From the IMG/VR virus record IMGVR_UViG_2609459847_000005: 26,651 nt of DNA. One strand, 5' to 3'. The position numbers were made by a program, and so were the translations under genes. This DNA comes from a virus. Taxonomy: Duplodnaviria > Heunggongvirae > Uroviricota > Caudoviricetes. Each line of letters begins with the position of its first letter. The first letter of the stretch is position 1. Positions 17,500 to 26,069 of the stretch are shown here, one piece after another. Under the pieces are notes generated by a model that searched no databases, was not told where the DNA came from, and saw only the letters and a program-made list of their open reading frames with translations.

Positions 17500-18353
17500 G
17501 CACGCACTCCGTACACGGCAGAACTATCCACGCCACGCGAAGGATCAAATCCCACCCAGCAGCGCGCCCCAGAAACAGCGATGATTTCTGTTGCAGATTT
17601 ACTCTCACCAGCTGCTACGCCGATGCTGCGTTTTGCCTTGATGTAGTGGTGAGTAAAATTGCGATACAGCGAACGGATCAGGGATGTGTCACTGTTAGAA
17701 ACAATGACCGGATGTCCTTCTGATGACCGATGTTCAAGAACGGATGCCAGGTGATACTGGTCATCTTCAGTGAAGCCGTCAGTGTGATAACCGGAAAACG
17801 TGCCGTCATACGGCGGATCGCAATACACCACATCCCCCGCCTTCAACATCGCCAGCGTTTCATCAAAGCTGGCGCAGATAAACGTTGCCCGCTGGGCTTT
17901 CTCTGCAAATGCGCGAATTTCTTTTTCAGGGAAATACGGATTTTTATAATTACCGTAGGGAATGTTGAAATACCCGCTCTTGTTATAGCGACATAACCCA
18001 CGGTAACCATGACGATTGAGATACAGAAAATATACCGCTTTCATGAAATCAGTAATTTCAGTGGAGTAATTAAACTCCTGCCTTATGTTGTAATAAGCCA
18101 CCTCCCTGTTTGCTTCCTCAAATAAAGCTCTGGCACGAGATATAAATGCCTCACAATCAGCAGCAACCTTTTTATAGAGGTTGATTAAATCAGGATTAAT
18201 ATCCGCAACAAGATAGCTGGGGTAATCCGTCTCCATCATCACAGCACAGGAACCCGCGAAAGGTTCAACCAGTCGCGGGCCAGCAGGAAGGTGTTTTTTC
18301 AGTTCGGACATAATGGCGGTTTTATTTCCCGCCCATTTCAGGATGGTGCTCAT
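17496..18353 (-). CDS. dam: DNA adenine methyltransferase (Dam-like, N6-MTase)
   Basis: Start moved to internal ATG 18353 ([38 protein letters not shown]...), resembling the E. coli Dam N-terminus (...FLKWAGGK...VEPFVGAGSV); DPPY catalytic motif present ([10 protein letters not shown]). Confidence 0.85.
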   Translation of the reverse strand: MSTILKWAGNKTAIMSELKKHLPAGPRLVEPFAGSCAVMMETDYPSYLVADINPDLINLYKKVAADCEAFISRARALFEEANREVAYYNIRQEFNYSTEITDFMKAVYFLYLNRHGYRGLCRYNKSGYFNIPYGNYKNPYFPEKEIRAFAEKAQRATFICASFDETLAMLKAGDVVYCDPPYDGTFSGYHTDGFTEDDQYHLASVLEHRSSEGHPVIVSNSDTSLIRSLYRNFTHHYIKAKRSIGVAAGESKSATEIIAVSGARCWVGFDPSRGVDSSAVYGVRA

Positions 18354-18577
18354 ACAGCACCTCCGTTGTAATGTTTGCCTTTCAGCTCTGCAATTTCCTG
18401 GCAGGTAATGCAAAGCTGCACACCCGGAATGGCACGGCGGCGTGCTGGCGGAATTGGCGCTTCACACTCAATGCAAAGCACGCGAGACACGCCCGGTGTT
18501 TTGGCACGGGCAGCACGGATATGGCGCTGGCGTTCTTCTTCAACGCGCTGCTGTACGAGATCCATTGCATCAGCCAT
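18350..18577 (-). CDS. TraR/DksA-family C4 zinc-finger protein
   Basis: 75-aa ORF with CIECEAPIP...CITCQ (CxxC-N17-CxxC); AGGAGA Shine-Dalgarno; common in P2/186 early operons. Confidence 0.75.
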   Translation of the reverse strand: MADAMDLVQQRVEEERQRHIRAARAKTPGVSRVLCIECEAPIPPARRRAIPGVQLCITCQEIAELKGKHYNGGAV

Positions 18578-18810
18578 TAGTGGATCTCCTGCGCTTCGTT
18601 CTGGATTGCTTCAGCAGTCACACGCAGCAGTTCTGCCGCTTCCACGTGGTTTAGCTGACGGGATGAGATATGACACGCCAGGCTATCAAGGCGAGCGGCC
18701 ATTGCTTCAGCCCTTGCCCGGCGTTCTTCCAGACGAGCCTCTGTCAGTAAAATATTAAGCCCTGCATCATCCGGTCCGGTTTTAGTCGTGAGGATTTCAA
18801 TATTACGCAT
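18577..18810 (-). CDS. Hypothetical early-operon protein (77 aa)
   Basis: ORF 18577..18816; ATG at 18810 preceded by GGAGA; position within the early (replication) operon. Confidence 0.55.
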   Translation of the reverse strand: MRNIEILTTKTGPDDAGLNILLTEARLEERRARAEAMAARLDSLACHISSRQLNHVEAAELLRVTAEAIQNEAQEIH

Positions 18811-18877
18811 AATCAATTCTCCTGAATTTAGATAAAGGGATGCTCGGCGGGTTTACGCCATTAATTTCATTAGTTGG

Positions 18878-19219
18878 TTAATTCGGCATGGTTAGCCGTC
18901 TGGGAAATAAGCTCACCACTGCACGAAAATGATTCATTGCTTTAATCAACTCCCGCTTTTCGTCAGTGGTCAGCTCATTGATGCTGATGCTATGACGTTC
19001 AGCCGGAATTTTTGCCATAAAGAATATGGCTGCCAGTGCTCGTTTATTTTGTTCGTTATTGATATCCCGTGGATCACGCATATCTTTAATAAACCGCTCA
19101 AGCTCTGACTCAATATTCAGGCCAAAAACTTTCGCCCTTAATTCCGCTATGTGATTAAGTCCATTCAGGCGTTCACCGGGGCTTAATGGAACAGTCGCCG
19201 CAGCGCCTTCAATAGCCAT
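18878..19219 (-). CDS. Hypothetical early-operon protein (113 aa)
   Basis: ATG 19219 with GGGGGAA Shine-Dalgarno; same strand and operon as cII/A. Confidence 0.6.
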   Translation of the reverse strand: MAIEGAAATVPLSPGERLNGLNHIAELRAKVFGLNIESELERFIKDMRDPRDINNEQNKRALAAIFFMAKIPAERHSISINELTTDEKRELIKAMNHFRAVVSLFPRRLTMPN

Positions 19220-19383
19220 TTGTTCCCCCGTTTTTTCGTAGATAGTTCTGCCAGCAATTCATCTTGTGAACGGCACGGATGCCAGCGTTTACCATCCTCA
19301 CCCATGATCCAGCCGTGACCGTAGTGCATTGCCGGACTTTGTTTTACCAGCAGCGATGCAAATGATGGTTCTTTCGTCAGCAT
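19183..19383 (-). CDS. Hypothetical small early protein (66 aa)
   Basis: ORF 19183..19413 begins with GTG; internal ATG 19383 preceded by GAGGTG; immediately downstream of cII (position of 186 fil). Confidence 0.5.
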   Translation of the reverse strand: MLTKEPSFASLLVKQSPAMHYGHGWIMGEDGKRWHPCRSQDELLAELSTKKRGNKWLLKALRRLFH

Positions 19384-19390
19384 AAGCACC

Positions 19391-19900
19391 TCACAGCAAA
19401 CCGAATGAAGCACCGAGACCGGTTACAGTATCAACTGCACTTGCCATCGCAGGATTAACCTGTAAACGGGCCTGCAATGAAACAGCAGCTAACGCCATCA
19501 GTCGTGTAACAGAGTTAATGCTGCTGATAGCATCACGACGACCTGCACTGGTTTTTACATCGCCAGATACCGCACCTGCAGCAACACGCCCGATCTCTGC
19601 GGTTGCACTCATGACGTAATGTGGCAGTTTCTCTTTTGCCACCTCATTAATCGGTACACATGGCAGGCAGTGAATCTGTGCCAGAAAACCGTCTACCAGC
19701 GTTGAATCTTCCGTCAGATCGGTAAGTAGCCAGATATCTGGCGCATTGAGCTGATGCGGTTGATCTGGGTTGAGTTTGTTTCGCAGAGTCTGGACATTCA
19801 TTCCTGAACGTTCTGCCAGCTTCGCCATATTGTGACGAAGTGCAAAAGCTCTACAGGCTTCATCAAAATGCGGGTGTTTGGAAATCTTATAATCAAACAT
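19391..19900 (-). CDS. cII: CII-like transcriptional activator (186 CII family)
   Basis: 169-aa ORF, identical in length to 186 CII; second gene of the lytic operon after the apl-like gene; HTH-like N-terminal region (MAKLAERSGMNVQTLRNKL). Confidence 0.75.
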   Translation of the reverse strand: MFDYKISKHPHFDEACRAFALRHNMAKLAERSGMNVQTLRNKLNPDQPHQLNAPDIWLLTDLTEDSTLVDGFLAQIHCLPCVPINEVAKEKLPHYVMSATAEIGRVAAGAVSGDVKTSAGRRDAISSINSVTRLMALAAVSLQARLQVNPAMASAVDTVTGLGASFGLL

Positions 19901-19932
19901 GCTACCCCCTTAGAAAGTTCTCATAATTGAAC

Positions 19933-20175
19933 TTACTTACCAACAATGACGCGGAAGTTGGAATGACCGAGGGATTCACGGACCTGATCGGTTTTGTACA
20001 TTAAATAACGCAGGCTTACGCGGCCTTTGTTTTTTTCTTTCTTGACCATGTATTTAGCAAGCTGACCATGATGAATTTTTTGATACACAGAGCCGCGGGA
20101 GATACCTTCCCATTCCGCGAACTCTGCAGGCGTAGCCATCTCTTTTGGTACACGAATTGAAATATCAGTGCTCAT
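19933..20175 (-). CDS. apl: Apl/Cox-like excisionase-regulator (small HTH protein)
   Basis: 80-aa ORF, first gene of the lytic operon, divergent from cI; GGGAGA Shine-Dalgarno; HTH-like segment EFAEWEGISRGSVYQKIHHGQL. Confidence 0.7.
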   Translation of the reverse strand: MSTDISIRVPKEMATPAEFAEWEGISRGSVYQKIHHGQLAKYMVKKEKNKGRVSLRYLMYKTDQVRESLGHSNFRVIVGK

Positions 20176-20294
20176 AGTGCAGTATCTCCCGATTAAGGTT
20201 TGGTTTACGTCGTTTTATCTCGTTTTACTTGATTCAATATTTGATACATCGAGATACTACGATCCAATATTTGATACGTCAACAGGATTAAAAA
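20176..20294. promoter_or_regulatory. Lysis-lysogeny switch region (pR/pL and operators) between the apl-like gene and cI
   Basis: Direct repeats CAATATTTGATAC at 20235..20247 and 20265..20277 (30-bp phasing), and CGTTTTA at 20211..20217 and 20221..20227; divergent genes on either side. Confidence 0.55.
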
Positions 20295-20927
20295 ATGATA
20301 CAGGTAAAGGTTGGAGAGAATACAGGGGGAAGAGAGGCTATCCATAGACTAATGGCAGCCTATGATTTCAAGTCCAGACAGCAACTTTGCGATCACTTAG
20401 GCGCATCAAAAAGCACCATGGCAAACAGATACTTAAGAGATAGTTTTCCTGCAGAGTGGGTGATTCAGTGCGCCTTGGAAACAGGAGTTTCTTTACTGTG
20501 GCTAACCACCGGACAGGGGGAGCCAGGTCCAAACATTGAACCTAAAAAAAATATCAATTCCGTGAACTCCAGCAAGGTTGTACCTCTTTCTGAACTAGTA
20601 TCTCCTGAAATTGACAAGGCGACTCTCAACGGTGGTTTATTGGTCGATGCTGGAAAAGCAATCATTGATAGCAGCATACTCCCCTCAGACTCAAGCAACC
20701 TACTGCTGGTGACTACTTCTGGTGATTCTTATTTAATAGATCGCAACCAAACACCACCAGTAAATGGTATGTGGTTAGTCGATATTGACGGGATAAAAAG
20801 CATTGTTAAATTGACTCGACTTCCGGGAAACAAATTAGTAGTGCATCAGGATGATTCATCGTTTGAGTGTGGCCTAGATGACATTGAGGTAGTAGGCCGC
20901 GCACTGAAAATCATTAAGAGCCTTTGA
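20295..20927 (+). CDS. cI: CI-like immunity repressor (186 CI family)
   Basis: 210-aa ORF; N-terminal HTH region (ANRYLRDSFPAEWVIQCALETGVSLLWLTTGQG) resembles the 186 CI N-terminal domain as recalled; AGGA Shine-Dalgarno; directly precedes int. Confidence 0.8.
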   Translation: MIQVKVGENTGGREAIHRLMAAYDFKSRQQLCDHLGASKSTMANRYLRDSFPAEWVIQCALETGVSLLWLTTGQGEPGPNIEPKKNINSVNSSKVVPLSELVSPEIDKATLNGGLLVDAGKAIIDSSILPSDSSNLLLVTTSGDSYLIDRNQTPPVNGMWLVDIDGIKSIVKLTRLPGNKLVVHQDDSSFECGLDDIEVVGRALKIIKSL

Positions 20928-20928
20928 T

Positions 20929-21945
20929 ATGACCATCAGAAAACAGCCGAACGGAAAATGGTTGTGTGAGTGCTATCCCAATGGACGCAATGGTAAGCGC
21001 GTGCGTAAGCAATTTGCTACGAAAGGCGAAGCCATTGCTTTTGAAAGCTTCACAATGGAAGAAGTGAATAAAAAACCGTGGTTGGGTGAAAAGGATGATC
21101 GGCGACGCCTATCAGAATTAATTGAGCTTTGGTATTCCCTGTATGGTCAGACACTCGCAGACCCCAAGCGCCTCATGGCGAAACTTAGAATTATCTGTAA
21201 TGGTCTAGGCGACCCCATCGCCTCAGAACTGACAGCCGGTGACTTTACGAAATACCGCGAAGCACGGTTAAAAGGTGACGTTCGTAACGAAGACGGCACA
21301 CTAATGTCGCCAGTAAAACCACGCACGGTGAATCTTGAGCAACGTAACCTATCATCGGTTTTCGGCACATTGAAAAAACTAGGCCACTGGTCAGCACCAA
21401 ATCCTCTCGCCGGGCTGCCAACATTTAAAATCGCTGAGGGGGAACTGGCGTTCCTGACCTCGGAAGAAATTAAACGTCTGCTAGATGCCTGCGCTGATTC
21501 TCAAAACCCCAGTCTGCTTTTGATTGCAAAAATATGCCTGGCCACCGGCGCACGCTGGAGTGAAGCTGAAAACCTGCAGGGCCATCAGTTATCTAAATAC
21601 CGCATCACTTATACCAAGACGAAGGGTAAGAAAAACCGCACCGTGCCGATATCTCAAGATCTGTATGACGAACTCCCCAAGAACAGAGGGAAGCTATTCA
21701 CCCCGTGCAGAAAAGCCTTTGAACGAGCAGTAAAGCGAGCTGGCATCGAGCTGCCAGAGGGCCAATGCACTCACGTGCTACGTCATACATTCGCCAGCCA
21801 TTTTATGATGAATGGCGGAAACATACTGGTGCTGCGCGATATTCTGGGCCATGCCGATATAAAAATGACGATGATTTACGCCCACTTTTCGCCCGATCAC
21901 CTTGAAGATGCGGTAACTAAAAACCCTTTATGCAACTTAAGATAG
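20929..21945 (+). CDS. int: Tyrosine integrase (P2/186 Int family)
   Basis: 338-aa ORF; C-terminal catalytic region with R...HVLRHTFASHFMMNGG...LGHADIKMTMIYAH (RHR-Y tyrosine-recombinase signature); immediately follows cI. Confidence 0.9.
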   Translation: MTIRKQPNGKWLCECYPNGRNGKRVRKQFATKGEAIAFESFTMEEVNKKPWLGEKDDRRRLSELIELWYSLYGQTLADPKRLMAKLRIICNGLGDPIASELTAGDFTKYREARLKGDVRNEDGTLMSPVKPRTVNLEQRNLSSVFGTLKKLGHWSAPNPLAGLPTFKIAEGELAFLTSEEIKRLLDACADSQNPSLLLIAKICLATGARWSEAENLQGHQLSKYRITYTKTKGKKNRTVPISQDLYDELPKNRGKLFTPCRKAFERAVKRAGIELPEGQCTHVLRHTFASHFMMNGGNILVLRDILGHADIKMTMIYAHFSPDHLEDAVTKNPLCNLR

Positions 21946-22260
21946 AGTAACTTATGAAAACAAACTCAAACTATTTACAAATATAATATTCAGCAGGTTA
22001 TCCATTCTCATTTAACTCTTCAGACTGAGTTTAGGTTTTATTTATAGAATAAGATAATTTTTACATCACAAAAAAACCTATAAGCCCTCATCTTTGTTGT
22101 ATAAAAACATCAAAGATGCCACATTCAAAAATAGTAGAAAAGCATAGCATTGCAACATTAAAAAGAAACCAATAAAAAACAGTCATTAGAAAATGAAAAA
22201 AACAAAAACATTTTTTATCGAAGCTTCAGTCTGACTACTAGTTTGACTCTGCAATTAACT

Positions 22261-22294
22261 TTCAAGATGATCAATATTTATTGATCATCTTGAA
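22261..22294. repeat. 34-bp near-perfect inverted repeat with two GATC sites
   Basis: TTCAAGATGATCAATA-tt-TATTGATCATCTTGAA; lies about 30 nt beyond the 3' end of the deaminase gene in the AT-rich spacer between int and the deaminase. Confidence 0.6.
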
Positions 22295-22325
22295 GCTTAC
22301 CTCAGGAAGGATGAGTATAATATTT

Positions 22326-24059
22326 CTACTCAAGGAGATATTCTAACTCATCTTTTATCGGGATAATTTGCTCATAAAGTCGGTGATATGACTTCCCAAT
22401 TGCGCCTCTAAATTGTATTAACTTTGGTGGCTTACTACCTATATTAATAATATGGTCTTGAGCTATACCTGGGTAGGGATCAATAAATACAATTTCAGAT
22501 ATACCTAACTGATAAGCTTTTTTCGCACACAACTCACAGGGACTGGCAGTTGTATACAACTTCCCCCCCAGAACGCCAATACCACCATATTTTGCAAGTT
22601 GTAAAAATGCGTTTTCCTCAGCATGTAATGCACGTGTATGAACTTGATTACCTTTTTTCTCTTTATCAAGATCATTATGTATATCTTTAAAACAATAAGA
22701 TAAGTTCCTGCCTCTATAAATATCACCAGTTTTATCTATCGCCCTAAAATTTAAGAGTTTCTCATTAGCTTTAATTCTGAAAGAACTATTATTTCTCTCA
22801 TAATGACTGTACGTTTTTTCATCAAAATCGTTCATTAGGCCATCTAGAGATCTCATAGAGCAAGGAATCTGACCGTTGGCAACATCATTCCAACCAACTG
22901 ATTTTATTGAATTATCACCATCAGTTACTACAGCTCCCACCTGTCTAGATATACAGCCAGAGTTTAATTTTACCGTATACGCAACTTGCATAACCCTTTC
23001 CATTGCAGTAGGTGTTATCAGACCAGGATGCTTCATCAGTGCGATGTACCACGCTAATTGTGCTTTTAAAATATTGTCATTATCAAATTCATTTTTTGGG
23101 TTAAAAATGTGTATATCTGATAGTTCAATACATTTAGTTACATTTGGATTGGTGAGATGTTTGTAAGAGTTATCACCTTTACCTGACTCTACAGAATCTA
23201 TTTCCTCTATCTGCTTTTCTGAAAACTTATGTAGTTTCCGCAAATAGTTTGTTCGATGTTCATCTGGGGCATTTATTGACATTAAATGAAATGCAGAATA
23301 TCTATCCTTAAAAAATTTTGCCTCATATGGATTTCTAATAGCATCTATGACAATTAATGCGTTATCTCTTTTGCTTTTTCTTATTAATTTAATAACCCTA
23401 TTAATAGTTTCCGGCAAATGAAAAACAGATTTAGGCATAAACTCTTTATCTTCAAAATCGACTTCAATACGCCCACGACGTCTAATTGACTTACCTGCTA
23501 ACTGATAGGCTGAAACATATAAATTTGAGTTTATCTCATTTAGTTCAGCTTTGAATTCTTTAGTAAATTTTCTAACTAACTTCAAAATTGATATAAATTT
23601 ATTAATCGTTTTTTCATCAAACTTCAATTCACTATTATGATCAAGCAAATTCTCAATTACATTTTTAAATCTTGTCAAAATGAGATTATCTGAGAATACA
23701 CCAAAAGTTAATACAATATCTAAATGCTCTTTACTGATAAATTTATTAGATGATAGAATGAATTCAGAAGCTTCCTCAACTGTTAACATCAGAAGATACG
23801 CTGAGATTAGGTCACTCACCTTAATTGAGTAAAAATTTTCCCAGTGATTTTCTGCGAATTTTTTAACTATATTATAACGATGGACATCCAATCCCTTGTA
23901 AAACCCCTGTAATTTACTTACATCAGGGAAGACTGTTTTTTCGTTTTCAAGAATATTAGCTGTTGTTGTGCAACCAGAACCAGTTCGACCTGTCAAACCG
24001 ACTAAAATAAACTGCCCATTTTCAAGGAAAAGCTCACTAACGAATTTTTTTTCTTTCAT
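22326..24059 (-). CDS. P-loop NTPase / dCMP-dCTP deaminase fusion (AvcD/DCD-like nucleotide-depletion defence protein)
   Basis: 577 aa from ATG 24059 (track ORF starts at GTG 24062). N-terminal P-loop region with non-canonical Walker A (GLTGRTGSGCTT, no Lys) and Walker-B-like LIVID. C-terminal cytidine/dCMP deaminase signatures (RQVGAVV...GWN; HAEENA; PCELC zinc-binding motifs). Strongly AT-rich relative to the phage backbone. Confidence 0.8.
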   Translation of the reverse strand: MKEKKFVSELFLENGQFILVGLTGRTGSGCTTTANILENEKTVFPDVSKLQGFYKGLDVHRYNIVKKFAENHWENFYSIKVSDLISAYLLMLTVEEASEFILSSNKFISKEHLDIVLTFGVFSDNLILTRFKNVIENLLDHNSELKFDEKTINKFISILKLVRKFTKEFKAELNEINSNLYVSAYQLAGKSIRRRGRIEVDFEDKEFMPKSVFHLPETINRVIKLIRKSKRDNALIVIDAIRNPYEAKFFKDRYSAFHLMSINAPDEHRTNYLRKLHKFSEKQIEEIDSVESGKGDNSYKHLTNPNVTKCIELSDIHIFNPKNEFDNDNILKAQLAWYIALMKHPGLITPTAMERVMQVAYTVKLNSGCISRQVGAVVTDGDNSIKSVGWNDVANGQIPCSMRSLDGLMNDFDEKTYSHYERNNSSFRIKANEKLLNFRAIDKTGDIYRGRNLSYCFKDIHNDLDKEKKGNQVHTRALHAEENAFLQLAKYGGIGVLGGKLYTTASPCELCAKKAYQLGISEIVFIDPYPGIAQDHIINIGSKPPKLIQFRGAIGKSYHRLYEQIIPIKDELEYLLE

Positions 24060-24254
24060 CACGTCCCACTTATGAATGCAAGAACAATTAGCATATTAAT
24101 TATAATTTATTAACTAATTTTATTCTAGATGCTTGATGTAATGGCGGCACTTTGGCGGCAGAGCATTAAAAACGCGTAAGACGAGCAAATACAAAATAAC
24201 ACTAACACATTGTTTTCAAACATAATCTACTGTTTTTACTATAATAAAAATGGT

Positions 24255-24299
24255 ATGTAGGAATTTCGGACGCGGGTTCAACTCCCGCCAGCTCCACCA
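24255..24299 (+). other. ssrA: 3'-terminal fragment of tmRNA gene ssrA (attachment-site core copy)
   Basis: ATGTAGGAATTTCGGACGCGGGTTCAACTCCCGCCAGCTCCACCA matches the 3' acceptor/T-arm end of E. coli ssrA as recalled; upstream sequence is AT-rich and not ssrA-like, so only the core is present. Confidence 0.7.
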
Positions 24300-24334
24300 A
24301 TTTTTGATATATTGAAGTTCAGTGAAGTCTATCA

Positions 24335-24367
24335 AGCCCGCATGGAACCAGCCTTGCGGGCTTTTTT
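24335..24367 (+). terminator. Rho-independent terminator downstream of the ssrA 3' fragment
   Basis: AGCCCGCA-tggaaccagcct-TGCGGGCT followed by TTTTTT. Confidence 0.6.
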
Positions 24368-24465
24368 ACGTCTATAGTAGTCTACCGAGAATTGCTAGAA
24401 TCTACTCGTTATGGCACCCTTTTTGGGACCCAACACAAAGGGTCCAAAACATGAGGGTCCCAAAC

Positions 24466-25695
24466 ATGGCAAAAATCGCTAAGAAGCTCACTGACACTGA
24501 AATCAAAAGCACCAAACCTGCCGAGAAAGAGGTTAACCTTTTTGACGGCGATGGTTTGCTCCTGCGAATCGCCCCCTTAGCGAAGGGAGGAAAGAAAAAT
24601 TGGTATTTCAGATATGCAGTGCCTGTGACCAAAAAGCGAACTAAGGTGAGCTTAGGAACCTATCCTCACCTTACACTTGCGAAGGCACGAGCTTTACGTG
24701 ATGAGTACTTGTCGTTGCTTGCAAATGGTATAGACCCACAAGTTCATAACACCCACAAAGCCAATGCCCTTAAGGATGCAACGGAACATACATTTCAAGC
24801 AGTAGCCAAGAAGTGGCTTGATGAGAAAGTCAAAACGTCAGGCATCTCCCAGGATCATGCTAACGACATCTGGCGAAGCCTAGAGAGAAATATCTTTCCA
24901 ACGTTGGGTGATACCCCCATTAAGGAGATTCGCCCTAAAATGCTTAAACAGCATTTAGACCCCATAGAAAAACGAGGTGTCCTTGAAACACTTCGCCGCG
25001 TCATATCCCGCCTGAATGAAATTTTCCGCTATGCAGCAACAGAAGAACTCATAGAATTCAATCCGGCTGACAACCTGGGGCAACGGTTCAGCAAGCCAAA
25101 AAAACAGAATATGCCAGCATTACCCCCTTCCGAACTCCCCCGCTTCCTGGTTGCTCTAAACAATGCTTCTATCCGTTTAGAAACAAGGCTACTGATTGAG
25201 TGGCAACTTCTCACATGGGTTCGCCCTGGTGAAGCTGTTCGCACAAGATGGTCAGATATTGATATAGAAACCAGCATGTGGAACATCCCGGCGGAGTTTA
25301 TGAAAATGAAGAAGCCTCACAAAGTTCCACTGAGCAAAGAATCTTTGCGAGTCTTGGATTCAATGAAAGCCATCAGCGGGCATAGAGAGTGGGTTTTTCC
25401 CAGTATCAAAGCTCCACTCAATCACATGCATGAACAAACAGCTAATGCGGCTATAATCCGTATGGGCTTCGGAGGTGAGCTTGTAGCTCATGGTATGCGA
25501 TCAATCGCTAGAACGGCGGCTGAGGAGTGTGGCAAGTTTAGAACTGATGTCTTAGAAGCCGCCCTTGCCCACTCGAAAAAAGATGAAATAATTGCAGCCT
25601 ACAATCGTGCAGAGTATCTCACAGAACGTGTGGTTCTCATGCAATGGTGGAGTGACTATGTTTCGTCTCAAAAATACAAAGTTATTGCCGCATAA
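24466..25695 (+). CDS. intA: Tyrosine integrase, CP4-57 IntA / P4-family (ssrA-targeting type)
   Basis: ORF 24322..25695; start moved to internal ATG 24466 (MAKIAKKLTDTEIKSTKPAEKEVNLFDGDGLLLRI...) because the upstream part spans the terminator hairpin; N-terminal pattern typical of P4-family integrases (DUF4102-like); adjacency to the ssrA 3' end as in CP4-57. Confidence 0.8.
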   Translation: MAKIAKKLTDTEIKSTKPAEKEVNLFDGDGLLLRIAPLAKGGKKNWYFRYAVPVTKKRTKVSLGTYPHLTLAKARALRDEYLSLLANGIDPQVHNTHKANALKDATEHTFQAVAKKWLDEKVKTSGISQDHANDIWRSLERNIFPTLGDTPIKEIRPKMLKQHLDPIEKRGVLETLRRVISRLNEIFRYAATEELIEFNPADNLGQRFSKPKKQNMPALPPSELPRFLVALNNASIRLETRLLIEWQLLTWVRPGEAVRTRWSDIDIETSMWNIPAEFMKMKKPHKVPLSKESLRVLDSMKAISGHREWVFPSIKAPLNHMHEQTANAAIIRMGFGGELVAHGMRSIARTAAEECGKFRTDVLEAALAHSKKDEIIAAYNRAEYLTERVVLMQWWSDYVSSQKYKVIAA

Positions 25696-25977
25696 CTCTT
25701 CCATGATGGGTTAACTATCTTGATTTATTTGAAGAATTAATGATCACACCATTAACCTATGTGGACTAAGCATAGCCATTTACAAATGGGTACCTTGAGG
25801 CCACATAACGAAAGCTGTCGGTCATATCAGCTAAATAATTCACATCTCTTCTCGATTATCATACACCTCGAAGAACTACCAAATTCGCTCTAATCAATGA
25901 TAAAACAGTTGAATTCGGTTAAAATTTGATCAATTTTATCCTCTACATTGTATTGAATCATCCATGAGGTTTTGTGC

Positions 25978-26069
25978 ATGGCTAGCGGAAATGAAAAAAA
26001 TCATAGAGTTAGGGTCGCACAGTACTTGAGGATGTCTACCGACCATCAGCAATATTCTTTACATAATCA
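25978..26069 (+). pseudogene. 5' fragment of a serine-recombinase-like gene, interrupted by IS1
   Basis: ATG 25978 encodes MASGNEKNHRVRVAQYLRMSTDHQQYSLHNQ, containing the Y-x-R-x-S-T-x-x-Q catalytic-serine motif; the reading frame runs directly into the IS1 terminal inverted repeat at 26070. Confidence 0.4.

Noticed and set aside
18371-18758. Plus-strand ORFs 18371..18580, 18375..18758 and 18442..18654
   Set aside because: Antisense to the TraR-like and adjacent early-operon genes, which have good ribosome-binding sites and coupled start/stop overlaps.
22505-23166. Small ORFs 22505..22726 (minus) and 22876..23166 (plus) within the deaminase locus
   Set aside because: Embedded in or antisense to the 577-aa deaminase frame; hydrophobic low-complexity translations typical of AT-rich out-of-frame reading.
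24255-24299. Possible complete tRNA or tmRNA gene
   Set aside because: Only the terminal 45 nt of ssrA are present and the upstream sequence is unrelated AT-rich DNA, so this is an att-core remnant, not a functional RNA gene.
24322-24465. Upstream extension of the intA ORF (start at 24322)
   Set aside because: This stretch spans the terminator hairpin and T-run after the ssrA fragment and lacks a ribosome-binding site; the integrase-like sequence begins at the internal ATG 24466.
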